From an uncultured delta proteobacterium (GTDB taxonomy: Bacteria > Myxococcota > Myxococcia > Myxococcales > Anaeromyxobacteraceae), in contig CAWHDZ010000026.1 of assembly GCA_963828255.1 (NCBI GenBank), positions 32,001 through 96,000 of the forward strand: a stretch of 64,000 nt of DNA. The letters run 5' to 3'. The notes under the pieces were generated by a model. The model was not told the origin of the DNA. It made no database searches and saw only the letters and a list, made by a program, of their open reading frames with translations. The translations under genes and the position numbers were made by a program. Positions 1-9,572 of the stretch are shown here, piece after piece (within the stretch, counting starts at the first letter, position 1; every line of letters starts with the position of its first letter).

Positions 1-185
1 CCGCGGCCGCCGCGCTCGTCGCGGTCCCGGTCGCCACCGCCGCCGAAGCGGCCACCGCCGCCACCGCCGTAGCCGCCTCCGCCTCCGCCACCGCCGTAGC
101 CGCCGCCACCACCACCAGCGCCGCCGAAGCGGCTGCCGCCGCCAGCCGGCGGACCCTTGCGCTCACCCATGTCGGGACGTGCCAT
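1..185 (-). CDS. rpsR: 30S ribosomal protein S18, N-terminal part (runs off the window edge), with Gly-rich extension
   Basis: ATG at 185 just after the rpsF stop. Translates [32 protein letters not shown]...DRDRDERGGR. Called from its position after rpsF and resemblance to recalled Anaeromyxobacter S18 N-termini; the conserved core lies outside the window. Confidence 0.75.
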   Translation of the reverse strand, partial: MARPDMGERKGPPAGGGSRFGGAGGGGGGYGGGGGGGGYGGGGGGRFGGGGDRDRDERGGR

Positions 186-187
186 GG

Positions 188-643
188 CTATTCCTCTCCC
201 CGGTCGTCGGCGACGGGATCGAACGGTTCCTCGCCGCGTTCACCGCGCTCGCCGAACTCGGGGCGCGGGCGCTCCTCCTCGACCGGCGCGACCACCACGT
301 CGGCCTCGACCTGCCGCGCCTCGAGGTCGATGTCGTCGGCGACGCGGATCGACTCGAACTTGGTGACGACGTCGAGCATCTTGAGATTCCGCTCGAACTC
401 GGCGACCAGGCCCGGCTTGCCCAGGTACAGGCAGTGAATGTAGAGCGCCTTCTGCAGCTTCGCGACCGGGAAGGCGGTCTTGCGACGCCCCTGGTTCGTG
501 AAGCGGATCACCTTGCCACCCTCGCGGCTCACCACCGCGCGGAGGCGCTCCTTGATCTCTTCCACCTGCTCGTCCGGGGTCTCCGGCTTGATCAGGTAGG
601 TGGTCTCGTACTCGCGAACGAGACGCTTCTGGATTTCGGCCAT
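188..643 (-). CDS. rpsF: 30S ribosomal protein S6
   Basis: REYETTYLIKP...GRRKTAFPV...Y pattern of S6; ATG at 643 with a GGGGAG SD; acidic C-terminal tail. Confidence 0.95.
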   Translation of the reverse strand: MAEIQKRLVREYETTYLIKPETPDEQVEEIKERLRAVVSREGGKVIRFTNQGRRKTAFPVAKLQKALYIHCLYLGKPGLVAEFERNLKMLDVVTKFESIRVADDIDLEARQVEADVVVAPVEEERPRPEFGERGERGEEPFDPVADDRGEE

Positions 644-738
644 TCTTGAAACTCCCCTCGGATTCGTGCAGCGGCGGTTCACCCGCCGCGAGGAGCCCGT
701 GAAACCTGTCTCCCCGGAGCCCAATGCCCCGGGGCCAC
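644..738 (-). promoter_or_regulatory. Structured rpsF leader (candidate S6:S18 autoregulatory element)
   Basis: Hairpin GCGGCGG-GUGAA-CCGCCGC (671-689) inside a CUCCUCG/CGAGGGG pairing that covers the SD; second hairpin at 712-734. Confidence 0.45.
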
Positions 739-1317
739 TCACTCCGCCGGCGACTTCCGGCGGTTGAACTCGTTCATGGCCTTCGCGGCCCCATCCAGAA
801 GCACCGACCTCGCCGCCGCCGCCCCCCGCTCCACCACGTCCACCACGTCGCGGTCCTCGGCGCGCGGGAAGCGCCCCAGGACCCAGTCGGCGGGGTCCAC
901 CTGAACCGGCGGCCGCCCCACCCCCACGCGCACCCGGGCGTAGTCCGGGCTGCCCACGTGGGCGTTCACGCTCTTCAGGCCGTTGTGGCCTCCATGCCCG
1001 CCGCCCACCTTCACCTGCACCCGGAACGAATCGAGCTCCAGGTCGTCGTGCACCACCACCAGGTCGGCCGGCGGGAGCTTCCAGAACCGCATCGCGGCTC
1101 CGACCGCCTCGCCCGAGTGGTTCATGTACGTCTGCGGCTTCACGATCCAGAACCGCTCGCCGCCCGCCACCGCCTCCGCGACCTCCGCCCCGAACTTGCG
1201 AAGCGTGAAACTGGCCCCGGTCATCCGGGCCACCTCGTCGGCCACGAGGAATCCAACGTTGTGCCGGGTCCGAGCGTAGTCGGGACCGGGGTTGCCGAGG
1301 CCCACGAGCAGCTTCAA
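739..1317 (-). CDS. pth: Peptidyl-tRNA hydrolase
   Basis: [27 protein letters not shown] and GGHNGLKS motifs. Confidence 0.98.
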   Translation of the reverse strand: MKLLVGLGNPGPDYARTRHNVGFLVADEVARMTGASFTLRKFGAEVAEAVAGGERFWIVKPQTYMNHSGEAVGAAMRFWKLPPADLVVVHDDLELDSFRVQVKVGGGHGGHNGLKSVNAHVGSPDYARVRVGVGRPPVQVDPADWVLGRFPRAEDRDVVDVVERGAAAARSVLLDGAAKAMNEFNRRKSPAE

Positions 1318-1326
1318 GCGTGGGCC

Positions 1327-2055
1327 CTACTTCTTGCCGCCGCCCTTTGCGTCGCCCGGCTTGCCCGGAGCCGGAGCAGCACCCGGTGCGGCGCCCGGAG
1401 CCGCGCCAGGGGCGGCTCCCGGAGCAGCGCCAGCGGCGGCGGCACCCTCGACGGCGCCCGCGACGGCGGTGGGAGCAGCGACCACCTCCTCCTTCTCGGG
1501 CACGGCGACGTAGGCGATGACGTAGTCGGTGGCGTACTTGATCTTCGCGCCCTGGGGCGACTTCAGCTCCGACACGTGGAGCGAGTGGCCGATCTTGATG
1601 GGGGTGACGTCGACCTCGATCTGCACCGGGATGCTCTCGGGCAGCGCCTCGACCGTGACCTCGTGGGTGGAGACGGAGAGGATGCCGCCGGCGGCGACGC
1701 CCTCGGCCCTGCCGGTGGTGACGACCGGGACCTTGACCAGCACGGGCTTGTCGAGGGCCACCTCGAGGAAGTCGGCGTGGAGGAGCCTGCGGCTGACCGG
1801 GTCGACCTGGTAGTCCTTGAAGAGGACCTTCTTCACGCCGCTCTCGAGCTGGAGCGTGATGAGGGTGTTCCGCTTGTGCGGGGTGGCGATCGCCTTCATC
1901 ACCGCGCCCGGGTCCACCGAGACCGGGGTGGGCTTGGCCTGGAGGCCGTAGACGACCGCGGGGATGAGGCCGCCCTGGCGCAGGCGGCGGGCCGGGCCCT
2001 TGCCGTTTCCGGTGCGGGACTGGGCGGCGAGGAGATTCTGGACGTTATCGGACAT
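1327..2055 (-). CDS. rplY: 50S ribosomal protein L25/Ctc (long form)
   Basis: GKGPARRLRQGGLIPAVVYG, Q.DPV....HADF; ATG at 2055 after a GGAGG SD; sits between prs and pth. Confidence 0.95.
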   Translation of the reverse strand: MSDNVQNLLAAQSRTGNGKGPARRLRQGGLIPAVVYGLQAKPTPVSVDPGAVMKAIATPHKRNTLITLQLESGVKKVLFKDYQVDPVSRRLLHADFLEVALDKPVLVKVPVVTTGRAEGVAAGGILSVSTHEVTVEALPESIPVQIEVDVTPIKIGHSLHVSELKSPQGAKIKYATDYVIAYVAVPEKEEVVAAPTAVAGAVEGAAAAGAAPGAAPGAAPGAAPGAAPAPGKPGDAKGGGKK

Positions 2056-2149
2056 TGATTCCTCCCAACGGACTCCGCGGCCGATCCGGCGCGCGAGGGG
2101 CTGGTGGTGGAAAATCCCCGGCCCTGGGTGAAGATGGATTGAGGGGCGG

Positions 2150-2178
2150 CTTTTAGCCGCAAACCCCGGTCCCGTCAA
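2150..2178 (-). promoter_or_regulatory. Candidate sigma70 promoter for rplY-pth-rpsF-rpsR
   Basis: TTGACG-N17-TAAAAG on the minus strand in the prs-rplY gap. Confidence 0.4.
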
Positions 2179-2188
2179 GGGGTTCGGA

Positions 2189-3142
2189 TCAGACGAAGAG
2201 GCTGGAGAGCGAGTCGGAGCTCTGGATCCGCCGGATCGCCTCGGCGAGGAGCCGGGCCGAGCTGACCTGCTGGATCTTGGGGCAGGCCTGGGCCTGGGGG
2301 GAGAGAGGGATGGAGTCGGTGACCACCACCGACTCGATGGGGCTCTTCGCGATGCGGTCCACCGCCGGCCCGGACAGGACCGCGTGGGTGGCGTAGGCGT
2401 AGACCTTGAGGGCGCCCTTCTCCTTGATGGCGGCGGCGGCCTGGGTGAGCGTCCCGGCCGTGTCGATCATGTCGTCGAGCAGGATGGCCACCTTGCCGGA
2501 GACGTCGCCGATGACGTTCATGATCTCGGCGACGTTGGCCTTGGTGCGCCGCTTGTCGACGATGCCCAGCGCGGCGCCCATGCGCTTCGAGTAGGCGCGG
2601 GCGCGCTCCACGCCGCCGGCGTCGGGCGAGACGATGATCAGGTTCTCGCTGTCGGTGAACTGCCGCTTCATGTGCTCGAGCATGATGGGCGCGGCGTAGA
2701 GGTGGTCGAAGGGGATGTTGAAGAACCCCTGGATCTGCCCGGCGTGCATGTCCATCGAGACCACGCGGGTGACGCCGGCCGCCTCGATGAGGTCGGCCAC
2801 GAGCTTGGCGGTGATGGGGACGCGCGGCGCCACCTTGCGGTCCTGCCGCGCGTATCCGTAGTAGGGGATGACCGCGCAGATGGAGCCGGCCGACGAGCGC
2901 TTGAGCGCGTCGGCCATGATGAGGAGCTCCATGAGATTGTGGTTGGCGTTGGGGCTCGTGGACTGGATGATGAAGGTGTCGGTGCCGCGGACGTTCTCGC
3001 CGATCTCGACCTGGATCTCGCCGTCGGAGAACGCGCCCACGCTGGCGGCGGAGAGCTCGCGTCCGAGGTTCTGCACGACCGCCTTGGCCAGCGCCGGGTT
3101 CGAGTTGCCGGCGAAGACCTTGTAGAAGTTCGGGTTGCCCAT
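2189..3142 (-). CDS. prs: Ribose-phosphate pyrophosphokinase
   Basis: [25 protein letters not shown] and DDMIDTAGT (PRPP-binding) motifs. Confidence 0.98.
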   Translation of the reverse strand: MGNPNFYKVFAGNSNPALAKAVVQNLGRELSAASVGAFSDGEIQVEIGENVRGTDTFIIQSTSPNANHNLMELLIMADALKRSSAGSICAVIPYYGYARQDRKVAPRVPITAKLVADLIEAAGVTRVVSMDMHAGQIQGFFNIPFDHLYAAPIMLEHMKRQFTDSENLIIVSPDAGGVERARAYSKRMGAALGIVDKRRTKANVAEIMNVIGDVSGKVAILLDDMIDTAGTLTQAAAAIKEKGALKVYAYATHAVLSGPAVDRIAKSPIESVVVTDSIPLSPQAQACPKIQQVSSARLLAEAIRRIQSSDSLSSLFV

Positions 3143-3172
3143 GAGGGGCGCTTTATACCGCGCCGGCGGCGA

Positions 3173-3469
3173 CTAGGCGATGCCGTCGGCGTCGGCCGGG
3201 TGGGTCGCCGGCCCGCGGGCCAGTTCCCGGTCGTACTCCGACAGGATGATCCGCTCCATCCGGTCCCGGGTCTCGGTGTTGAGCGGATGGGCGATGTCCT
3301 TGAAGGTCCCGTCCTTGCGCCGCTTGGCGGGCATGGCCACGAAGAGTCCGGTGGTCCCCTGGATGACCTTCAGCCCCCGCACCACGAAGCAGCGGTCGAG
3401 GGTGATGGTGACGTAGGCCTTCAGCTTGTCCTCGTCGACCGGGAAGATGCGGACCTCGGTGATCTCCAT
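3173..3469 (-). CDS. spoVG: SpoVG family nucleic-acid-binding protein
   Basis: MEITEVRI...LKAYVTIT...FVV...GLFVAMP......FKDIAHP signature. Confidence 0.95.
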   Translation of the reverse strand: MEITEVRIFPVDEDKLKAYVTITLDRCFVVRGLKVIQGTTGLFVAMPAKRRKDGTFKDIAHPLNTETRDRMERIILSEYDRELARGPATHPADADGIA

Positions 3470-4332
3470 GGTACGGCTCCCCGCATCCGCTCAAGCGAGC
3501 GCGCAACGATGACGTCCACTTCCCGGCCTTCGAGCCGACGTCCGGCGAGACCTCTCGCCGCGGCCCGAGCCGATCGGAGATCGGCGTATGATCCGACGAC
3601 CGTCGGCCCGCTTCCTGACATCATAGGCGTACTCCCACCCACCTCTTCAAGCCACCCCAGGAGCGTTCCGAGCGACGGGTGGCGTGCGACGCAGGGCGCC
3701 ATGAGGTCGTTCTCGGGGCGGCGGGACGACGCCCTGCCGCGCCGCGGCATACCGGCCCCGCGGTCCAGGTCGAGCCAGCGGTAGGCGTCCCCGGCCCGGA
3801 TCGCCAGGGCGGGATCGCGCGGGTAGAGGAGCACGAGGTGGAGGGGCGCCACGCGGGCCGGCCGGAGCCGCTCCCCGCGCCCTCCGGCCCAGGCAGGGCC
3901 GGAACCCAGGAAGAAGGGGACGTCCGAGCCGATCCCGAGGGCCACCTCGGCGAGCAACCCCCGGTCGCGGACCCGAAAGGCCCGGGCCAGGCAGCGAAGC
4001 GTGGCCGCCGCGTCGGCGCTCCCGCCCCCCAGCCCGGCGACGACCGGGATGCGCTTCCCGATGCGGATGTCGATCCGGTCACGGCGCCCCAGCCGCTCCC
4101 GCAACGCCGAGGCGGCGCGGGCGGCGAGGTTTTCCTCCCCGTCCAGGTCGGGGCGCCCGGGGCAGCGGCAGGTGACCGGGCCAGGGCGGCCCCCCACCGT
4201 GACGCGGACCTCGTCGGCGAGGTCGAGCGGCACGAAGAGGGTCGAGATCTCGTGGAAGCCGTCGGGGCGGGGCGGACCCACCCGCAGGACCAGGTTCACC
4301 TTGGCGTGGGCCGGGCAGCGGAGGCGGATCAC
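3421..4332 (-). CDS. ispE: 4-diphosphocytidyl-2-C-methyl-D-erythritol kinase
   Basis: AHAKVNLVL, KRIPVVAGLGGGSADAA (GHMP), GSDVPFF, MSGSG; 3' end overlaps spoVG by 49 nt. Confidence 0.93.
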   Translation of the reverse strand: MIRLRCPAHAKVNLVLRVGPPRPDGFHEISTLFVPLDLADEVRVTVGGRPGPVTCRCPGRPDLDGEENLAARAASALRERLGRRDRIDIRIGKRIPVVAGLGGGSADAAATLRCLARAFRVRDRGLLAEVALGIGSDVPFFLGSGPAWAGGRGERLRPARVAPLHLVLLYPRDPALAIRAGDAYRWLDLDRGAGMPRRGRASSRRPENDLMAPCVARHPSLGTLLGWLEEVGGSTPMMSGSGPTVVGSYADLRSARAAARGLAGRRLEGREVDVIVARSLERMRGAVPWRSPRSASSRSTRTS

Positions 4333-4435
4333 TCCCCGTTCCTAGCACGAGGAGGGCGCTTGCCGCCCCCGCGCCCGGGGGACTAGGCTGCCCGCCCATG
4401 CAAGGCCCCTACGTCGGCGTGGTGGAGGAGTAGCC

Positions 4436-5155
4436 GTGGCCGAGGAGAAGCGTCCCGCGCCGCGGCGCAGCCCGGTCCTGCCCCTGCTCCTCGCGGTGGG
4501 GCTCGCCGTCGCGGTGGCGTGGCTGCTCGCCGAGCGGAACGCCCGCCAGTGGTGGATCGTCCCGGAGGACGGGAAGGTGGTGGTGAAGAAGGGGGTCCTC
4601 TTCGTCACCGGGAAGACCGCCTTCCAGTCGGCCGACCCCGAGACCGCCCGGACCTACGCGCCGATCCCGGCGCCGCAGGGGGGCGCCGCGGCCGCCGAGA
4701 CCGCCTACGAGGACCGGGCCGAGCTCGACCAGGCGCTCTTCGAGCTCCTGGCCGGCTGGGCCAAGTCAGACATCCAGTCGCAGCAGATGGAGCGCATGGA
4801 GCGGGCGCGCGGCTACCTGGGGCGGGCCTCCCGCCTGGCAGGGCTCTCGCCCGCGCAGCGGGAGCAGTTGCGCGTCCTGCAGGCCGAGACCGCCTTCCAG
4901 GAGGCGGTCGAGCACCTGACGCAGGGAGCGAACGCGCTGCGGCGCGCCCTCGAGGGGCTCAAGCTCGCGGCCGAGGCCCGCGGTCCGGTGGCGGCCGAGG
5001 CGGCGGCGCTGGAGAAGGCGCTCGAGCCGGTGGCCGCCTCGACCGGGCAGCTCATGCTCGAGGCCAGCCGCTTCGCGGCCGAGCGCTACCTCCCGTCGCC
5101 CCGGGCCCCGGGCGTCCCCGGCGTGCCTGCGCCCACCGGCCCCGCGCCGCGCTGA
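4436..5155 (+). CDS. Hypothetical membrane-anchored helical protein
   Basis: GGAGGAG SD, one N-terminal TM segment, typical GC3-rich codon usage; no family recognised. Confidence 0.75.
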   Translation: MAEEKRPAPRRSPVLPLLLAVGLAVAVAWLLAERNARQWWIVPEDGKVVVKKGVLFVTGKTAFQSADPETARTYAPIPAPQGGAAAAETAYEDRAELDQALFELLAGWAKSDIQSQQMERMERARGYLGRASRLAGLSPAQREQLRVLQAETAFQEAVEHLTQGANALRRALEGLKLAAEARGPVAAEAAALEKALEPVAASTGQLMLEASRFAAERYLPSPRAPGVPGVPAPTGPAPR

Positions 5156-5170
5156 GGTATCGTGCCGACC

Positions 5171-7324
5171 ATGAAGCCGGTCCGGCTGGCCATCCTCTGG
5201 CACATGCACCAGCCGCTCTACCGGGAGCCGGCCACGGGCACCTACGTGCTCCCCTGGGTGCGGCTCCACGCCACCCGGGCCTACGCCGACATGGCCTGGA
5301 TCCTGGAGCGCCACCCCGGGGTCCGGGTGACGGTGAACTTCACGCCGGTCCTGCTCGACCAGCTCGAGGACTACGTGGCCGGCCGGGCCCGCGACGCCAT
5401 CCTGGAGATCTCGGCCCGCGACCCGGCCGACCTCTCCCCGGAGGAGCGCCGCCGGCTGCTCCACTCCTTCTTCATGGTGGACTGGGACCGCTCGGTGCGC
5501 CCGGTGCCGCGCTACCTCGAGCTGCTCGAGAAGCGCGGGCGCGACCTGGCCCGGGTGGACCTGGACGAGGTGGTGCCGGAATTCACTTTAGGTGAATATC
5601 GCGACCTCCAGGTCCACTTCAACCTGGCCTGGATGGGTTTCGGGGCGCTGGAGGACGACCCGGCGCTGCGCGAGCTCGCCCGGCGCGGCCGCGACTTCGA
5701 GGCCGCCGACGTGGAGCTGGTCCTGGAAGCCCAGCGCAGGGTGCTCGCCGGCGTCCTGCCGCGCTGGCGGGCGCTCCTCGAGCGTGGCCAGGTGGAGCTC
5801 TCCACCACGCCCCACCACCACCCCATCCTGCCGCTGGTCTGCGACAGCGACGCGGCCGCCCGGGCGCTCCCCGGAGTGGCCCTGCCGCCCCGCTTCGCCT
5901 GGCCGGACGACGCCCGGCGCCAGACCGCCGACGCGCTCGCGGGCCACGCCCGGCGCTTCGGCCGTCCCGCAGCCGGGATGTGGCCGGCGGAGGGGTCGGT
6001 CTCGCCCGAGGCCCTCGCGATCCTGGCCGGCGAGGGGGTGGCCTGGACCGCCTCCGACGAGGCGGTGCTGCTCCGGTCGCTTCCCCCGGGCAGCCCGCGG
6101 GCCCTCTCGCTCTACCGCCCGTGGCGCGCCGCCGCCGGCGACCGGGAGATCGCCATGCTCTTCCGGGACCGGGGGATCTCCGACCTGGTGGGGTTCAGCT
6201 ACGCCCGGCAGCCGGCCGACGTGGCCGCGGCCGATTTCACCAATCGTGTGGTGGAGGCCGGCGAGGCCTGGCGGCGCGACGGCGGCCGGGGGCCGGCCAC
6301 GGTGGGGGTCTTCCTCGACGGCGAGAACCCCTGGGAGCGCTACGTGCGTTCCGGCCATGACTTCCTCGAAGCGCTCTACCGCTCCCTCGGGACGGACCCC
6401 CGGGTGCAGACGGTGACCATGTCCGAGGCGGTGGCCGGTGCGGAGGGGCCGCCCATCGTCCGCATCCACTCGGGATCGTGGATCGAGGCCTCCTACCGCA
6501 TCTGGATCGGCCACCGGGAGGACCGGCTGGCCTGGACGGCGCTGGGGCGGGCCCGCGAGGCGGTGGAGAAGGCGAAGCTGGCGGGCGCGCCCGCCGACAA
6601 GGTCGAGCACGCCCTGCGCCACCTGATGGCCGCCGAGGGTTCCGACTGGTACTGGTGGTACGGGGAGGACTTCTCCACCGAGAACGCCGCCGAGTTCGAC
6701 GCCCTCTTCCGCGGCCACGTGCTGCGGGCCTGCGAGCTGCTCGACCTGGCGCCGCCGCAGGAGGTGCTGCAGCCCATCAAGCCCGCCGGGCGGGGCGCCC
6801 TGGAGGCCAAGGCGCTGCGCGAGCCGACGGCCCTGCTCCGTCCAATCATCGACGGGCGCGACCCGGACTTCTTCGAGTGGCATGGGGCCGGCCTGCACCG
6901 GCCCGGCCGCGGCCGCGGGTCGATGTTCGGCGGGGCCCCGACCTTCTCGGCCCTTTACTGGGGCTTCGACGAGGCGAACCTCTTCCTGCGGCTCGATCCC
7001 GACCCCGAGGCGCAGTCTCCAGACCGCGTCCGGGTGACCCTGCTCGGTCCGCTCGGCCCCTCACGCCTGGAGTTCCCGGTGGTGAAGGACGGCGTCCCGC
7101 GCCCCGTGCTGCGCAACGGCGACGAGGTCGGCCGGGCCGTCCTGCTCAAGGTCCTGGAGGTGGAGATCCCGTTCGCGCCGCTCGGCATCCTCCAGGGCGA
7201 CGAATTGGTGATGTCGGTCGAGGCGCTCTCGGGCGAGGTCGAGCTGGAGCGCATCCCCCGGTCCGGGTACCTGCCCCTCTCGGTGCCGGGCGCCGATTTC
7301 GAGCGGATCCACTGGCGCGTGTGA
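5171..7324 (+). CDS. Glycoside hydrolase family 57 (amylopullulanase/glucanotransferase-like)
   Basis: HMHQP, HPILP, WPAEGS (Glu nucleophile), FLDGEN (Asp acid/base) and AEGSDWYWW motifs. Confidence 0.93.
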   Translation: MKPVRLAILWHMHQPLYREPATGTYVLPWVRLHATRAYADMAWILERHPGVRVTVNFTPVLLDQLEDYVAGRARDAILEISARDPADLSPEERRRLLHSFFMVDWDRSVRPVPRYLELLEKRGRDLARVDLDEVVPEFTLGEYRDLQVHFNLAWMGFGALEDDPALRELARRGRDFEAADVELVLEAQRRVLAGVLPRWRALLERGQVELSTTPHHHPILPLVCDSDAAARALPGVALPPRFAWPDDARRQTADALAGHARRFGRPAAGMWPAEGSVSPEALAILAGEGVAWTASDEAVLLRSLPPGSPRALSLYRPWRAAAGDREIAMLFRDRGISDLVGFSYARQPADVAAADFTNRVVEAGEAWRRDGGRGPATVGVFLDGENPWERYVRSGHDFLEALYRSLGTDPRVQTVTMSEAVAGAEGPPIVRIHSGSWIEASYRIWIGHREDRLAWTALGRAREAVEKAKLAGAPADKVEHALRHLMAAEGSDWYWWYGEDFSTENAAEFDALFRGHVLRACELLDLAPPQEVLQPIKPAGRGALEAKALREPTALLRPIIDGRDPDFFEWHGAGLHRPGRGRGSMFGGAPTFSALYWGFDEANLFLRLDPDPEAQSPDRVRVTLLGPLGPSRLEFPVVKDGVPRPVLRNGDEVGRAVLLKVLEVEIPFAPLGILQGDELVMSVEALSGEVELERIPRSGYLPLSVPGADFERIHWRV

Positions 7325-7355
7325 TCGGCCGGGACATCGGATAAGGTCCGCCACC

Positions 7356-8549
7356 GTGAAACGCCAGGCCTCTCTCGGCATCCTCTTCCTCGTGGTCTTC
7401 GTGGACCTGCTCGGGTTCGGGATGGTCATCCCGGTGATGCCGATCTACGCCGAGCACCTGGGCGCCTCGGAGGCCGCCACCGGCTGGCTCAGCACCGGCT
7501 ACTCCCTCATGCAGTTCGTCTTCGCGCCCATCTGGGGGCGCCTCTCCGACCGGGTGGGGAGGAGGCCGGTGCTTCTCGTCTCCATCGCCATGACCGCGCT
7601 GGCCTTCTTGCTCTACGGGGTGGCGGCCAGCTTCGCCGTGCTCCTCGTGTCGCGCCTCTTCGCCGGCGCCGCCACCGCCAACATCGCCATCGCCCAGGCC
7701 TACGTGGCCGACGTGACCACCCCGGAGGGACGGGCCAGGGGCATGGGCATGATCGGCGCAGCCTTCGGGCTGGGGTTCGTCTTCGGGCCGGCGGTGGGCG
7801 GGCTGCTCGCCGGGTACTCGCTGGCCGCACCGGGGCTCGCCGCCGCCGCGCTCTCGCTCGTCAACCTGGTGGCGGCCTTCTTCCTCCTCCCCGAGCCATC
7901 GCAGCACGTGGCGGCCACCCGGTCCCGCGGCCGGTTCGAGGCGCTCCTCGGCGAGCTCCGGAAGCCCGGGATCCGCCGGATCCTCTTCATCTACCTGGTC
8001 GTCACCCTCGCCTTCAGCGCCATGGAGGCCACCTACGCCTTCCTGGCCCAGCGCCGCTTCGGCCTCGGCGAGCGGCACGTGGGGTGGGTCTTCGCCTACA
8101 TCGGGGTGATCGTGGTGCTGGTGCAGGGAGGGCTCATCGGGCCGCTCACCCGGCGCTTCGGCGAGAAGCGGCTCCTCGTGGCCGGGTCCCTTCTCCAGGC
8201 CGTGGCGCTGGCCGCGCTGCCCTTCGCGAACGGCGTGTCCGGGTTGCTCCTCGCCAGTGCGCCGCTGGCCCTCGGGTCGGGGCTCTCGAGCCCCAGCATC
8301 ATGTCGATGCTCTCCCGGCTCAGCCGGGCCGAGGACCAGGGTGGCACGCTCGGCATCGGCCAGTCGGCGTCGGCGCTGGGGCGGATCATCGGCCCGCTTG
8401 CCGGGACGACCTCCTTCTCGGCCTGGCACGCCGCCCCCTACCTGGGGGGCGCCGCGCTCATGGTCATGGGCGCGGCCGTGGCCGCCACCGTCTCCGTGCC
8501 GAAGGGCGGCGATGGGCCCGCCCGGGGCGCGGTGACGCCCTCGTCATGA
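7356..8549 (+). CDS. MFS transporter, TetA/DHA1-like
   Basis: About 12 TM segments; motif A GRLSDRVGRRPVLL; GFVFGPAVGG antiporter motif C. Confidence 0.9.
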   Translation: MKRQASLGILFLVVFVDLLGFGMVIPVMPIYAEHLGASEAATGWLSTGYSLMQFVFAPIWGRLSDRVGRRPVLLVSIAMTALAFLLYGVAASFAVLLVSRLFAGAATANIAIAQAYVADVTTPEGRARGMGMIGAAFGLGFVFGPAVGGLLAGYSLAAPGLAAAALSLVNLVAAFFLLPEPSQHVAATRSRGRFEALLGELRKPGIRRILFIYLVVTLAFSAMEATYAFLAQRRFGLGERHVGWVFAYIGVIVVLVQGGLIGPLTRRFGEKRLLVAGSLLQAVALAALPFANGVSGLLLASAPLALGSGLSSPSIMSMLSRLSRAEDQGGTLGIGQSASALGRIIGPLAGTTSFSAWHAAPYLGGAALMVMGAAVAATVSVPKGGDGPARGAVTPSS

Positions 8550-8563
8550 GGTAGACTCCGCGC

Positions 8564-9559
8564 ATGCCCGAGCTGCGGAGGGACCCGATCGTCGGGCGCT
8601 GGGTGATCATCGCCACCGAGCGCGCGCGCCGCCCGAACCAGTTCCGCCGCGCGGAGGATCCGCCCGGAGGTCTCTGCCCCTTCTGCCCCGGCCACGAGGA
8701 CAAGACGCCCGCGGAGGTCTACGTGTCGGGACGCCCCGCCGTCCCGGCCAACACGACGGGCTGGAAGGTGCGCGTCGTTCCCAACCGCTACCCGGCCCTC
8801 ATGATCGAGGGAGACCTGGATCGCGAGGCGGTCGGCATCTACGACCAGATGAACGGCGTCGGGGCGCACGAGGTGGTGATCGAGACGCCCGACCACGCGC
8901 GCGACCTCTCCGAGCTCTCCGACGCCGAGGTCACCGAGGTCCTCTTCGCCTTCAAGGCCCGGGTCCTGGATCTCAAGAACGACCAGCGCTTCCGCTACAT
9001 CCTGATCTTCAAGAACCACGGCTCGGCGGCCGGGGCGACGCTGGAGCACACCCACAGCCAGCTCATCGCGCTGCCGGTGACGCCGCGGCAGGTGGCCGAC
9101 GAGATCGACGGCGCCAGGCGCCACCACGAGCACCGCGAGCGCTGCATCTACTGCGACATCGTCGGGCAGGAGCGCAAGGACCGGTCCCGGCTGGTGTTCG
9201 AGAACGAGGAGTTCGTGGTCTTCGAGCCCTGGGCGCCGCGCAGCCCCTTCGAGACCTGGATCGTGCCGCGCCGCCACGAGTCCAACTTCGAGGCCGAGCC
9301 CAAGGAGCGGCTGGCCTTCGCCGCCCAGGCGCTGCGGGTCACGCTCGCCAAGCTCATGACGGGGCTGGGGCGTCCGGCCTACAACTTCATGGTGCACTCG
9401 AACCCGCTCCGCGAACCCTCCACCGCCTCCTACCACTGGCACATCGAGGTGGTCCCCGCGCTCACCCAGGTGGCCGGCTTCGAGTGGGGCAGCGGCTTCC
9501 ACATCAACCCGGTCCCGCCCGAGGAGGCGGCCGATTTCCTCCGAAAGGTCGCCGTCTAG
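8564..9559 (+). CDS. galT: GalT-like hexose-1-phosphate nucleotidyltransferase
   Basis: ELRRDP...WV.....RARRP, CPFCPG, FKNHG..AGA.LEHTHSQ (HxHxQ); substrate uncertain. Confidence 0.85.
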   Translation: MPELRRDPIVGRWVIIATERARRPNQFRRAEDPPGGLCPFCPGHEDKTPAEVYVSGRPAVPANTTGWKVRVVPNRYPALMIEGDLDREAVGIYDQMNGVGAHEVVIETPDHARDLSELSDAEVTEVLFAFKARVLDLKNDQRFRYILIFKNHGSAAGATLEHTHSQLIALPVTPRQVADEIDGARRHHEHRERCIYCDIVGQERKDRSRLVFENEEFVVFEPWAPRSPFETWIVPRRHESNFEAEPKERLAFAAQALRVTLAKLMTGLGRPAYNFMVHSNPLREPSTASYHWHIEVVPALTQVAGFEWGSGFHINPVPPEEAADFLRKVAV

Positions 9560-9572
9560 CCCGGCCCACCCC

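Noticed and set aside
7356..8549. Acquired tetracycline resistance gene
   Set aside because: Generic chromosomal DHA1 MFS with host-like codon usage, no adjacent tetR and no mobile context
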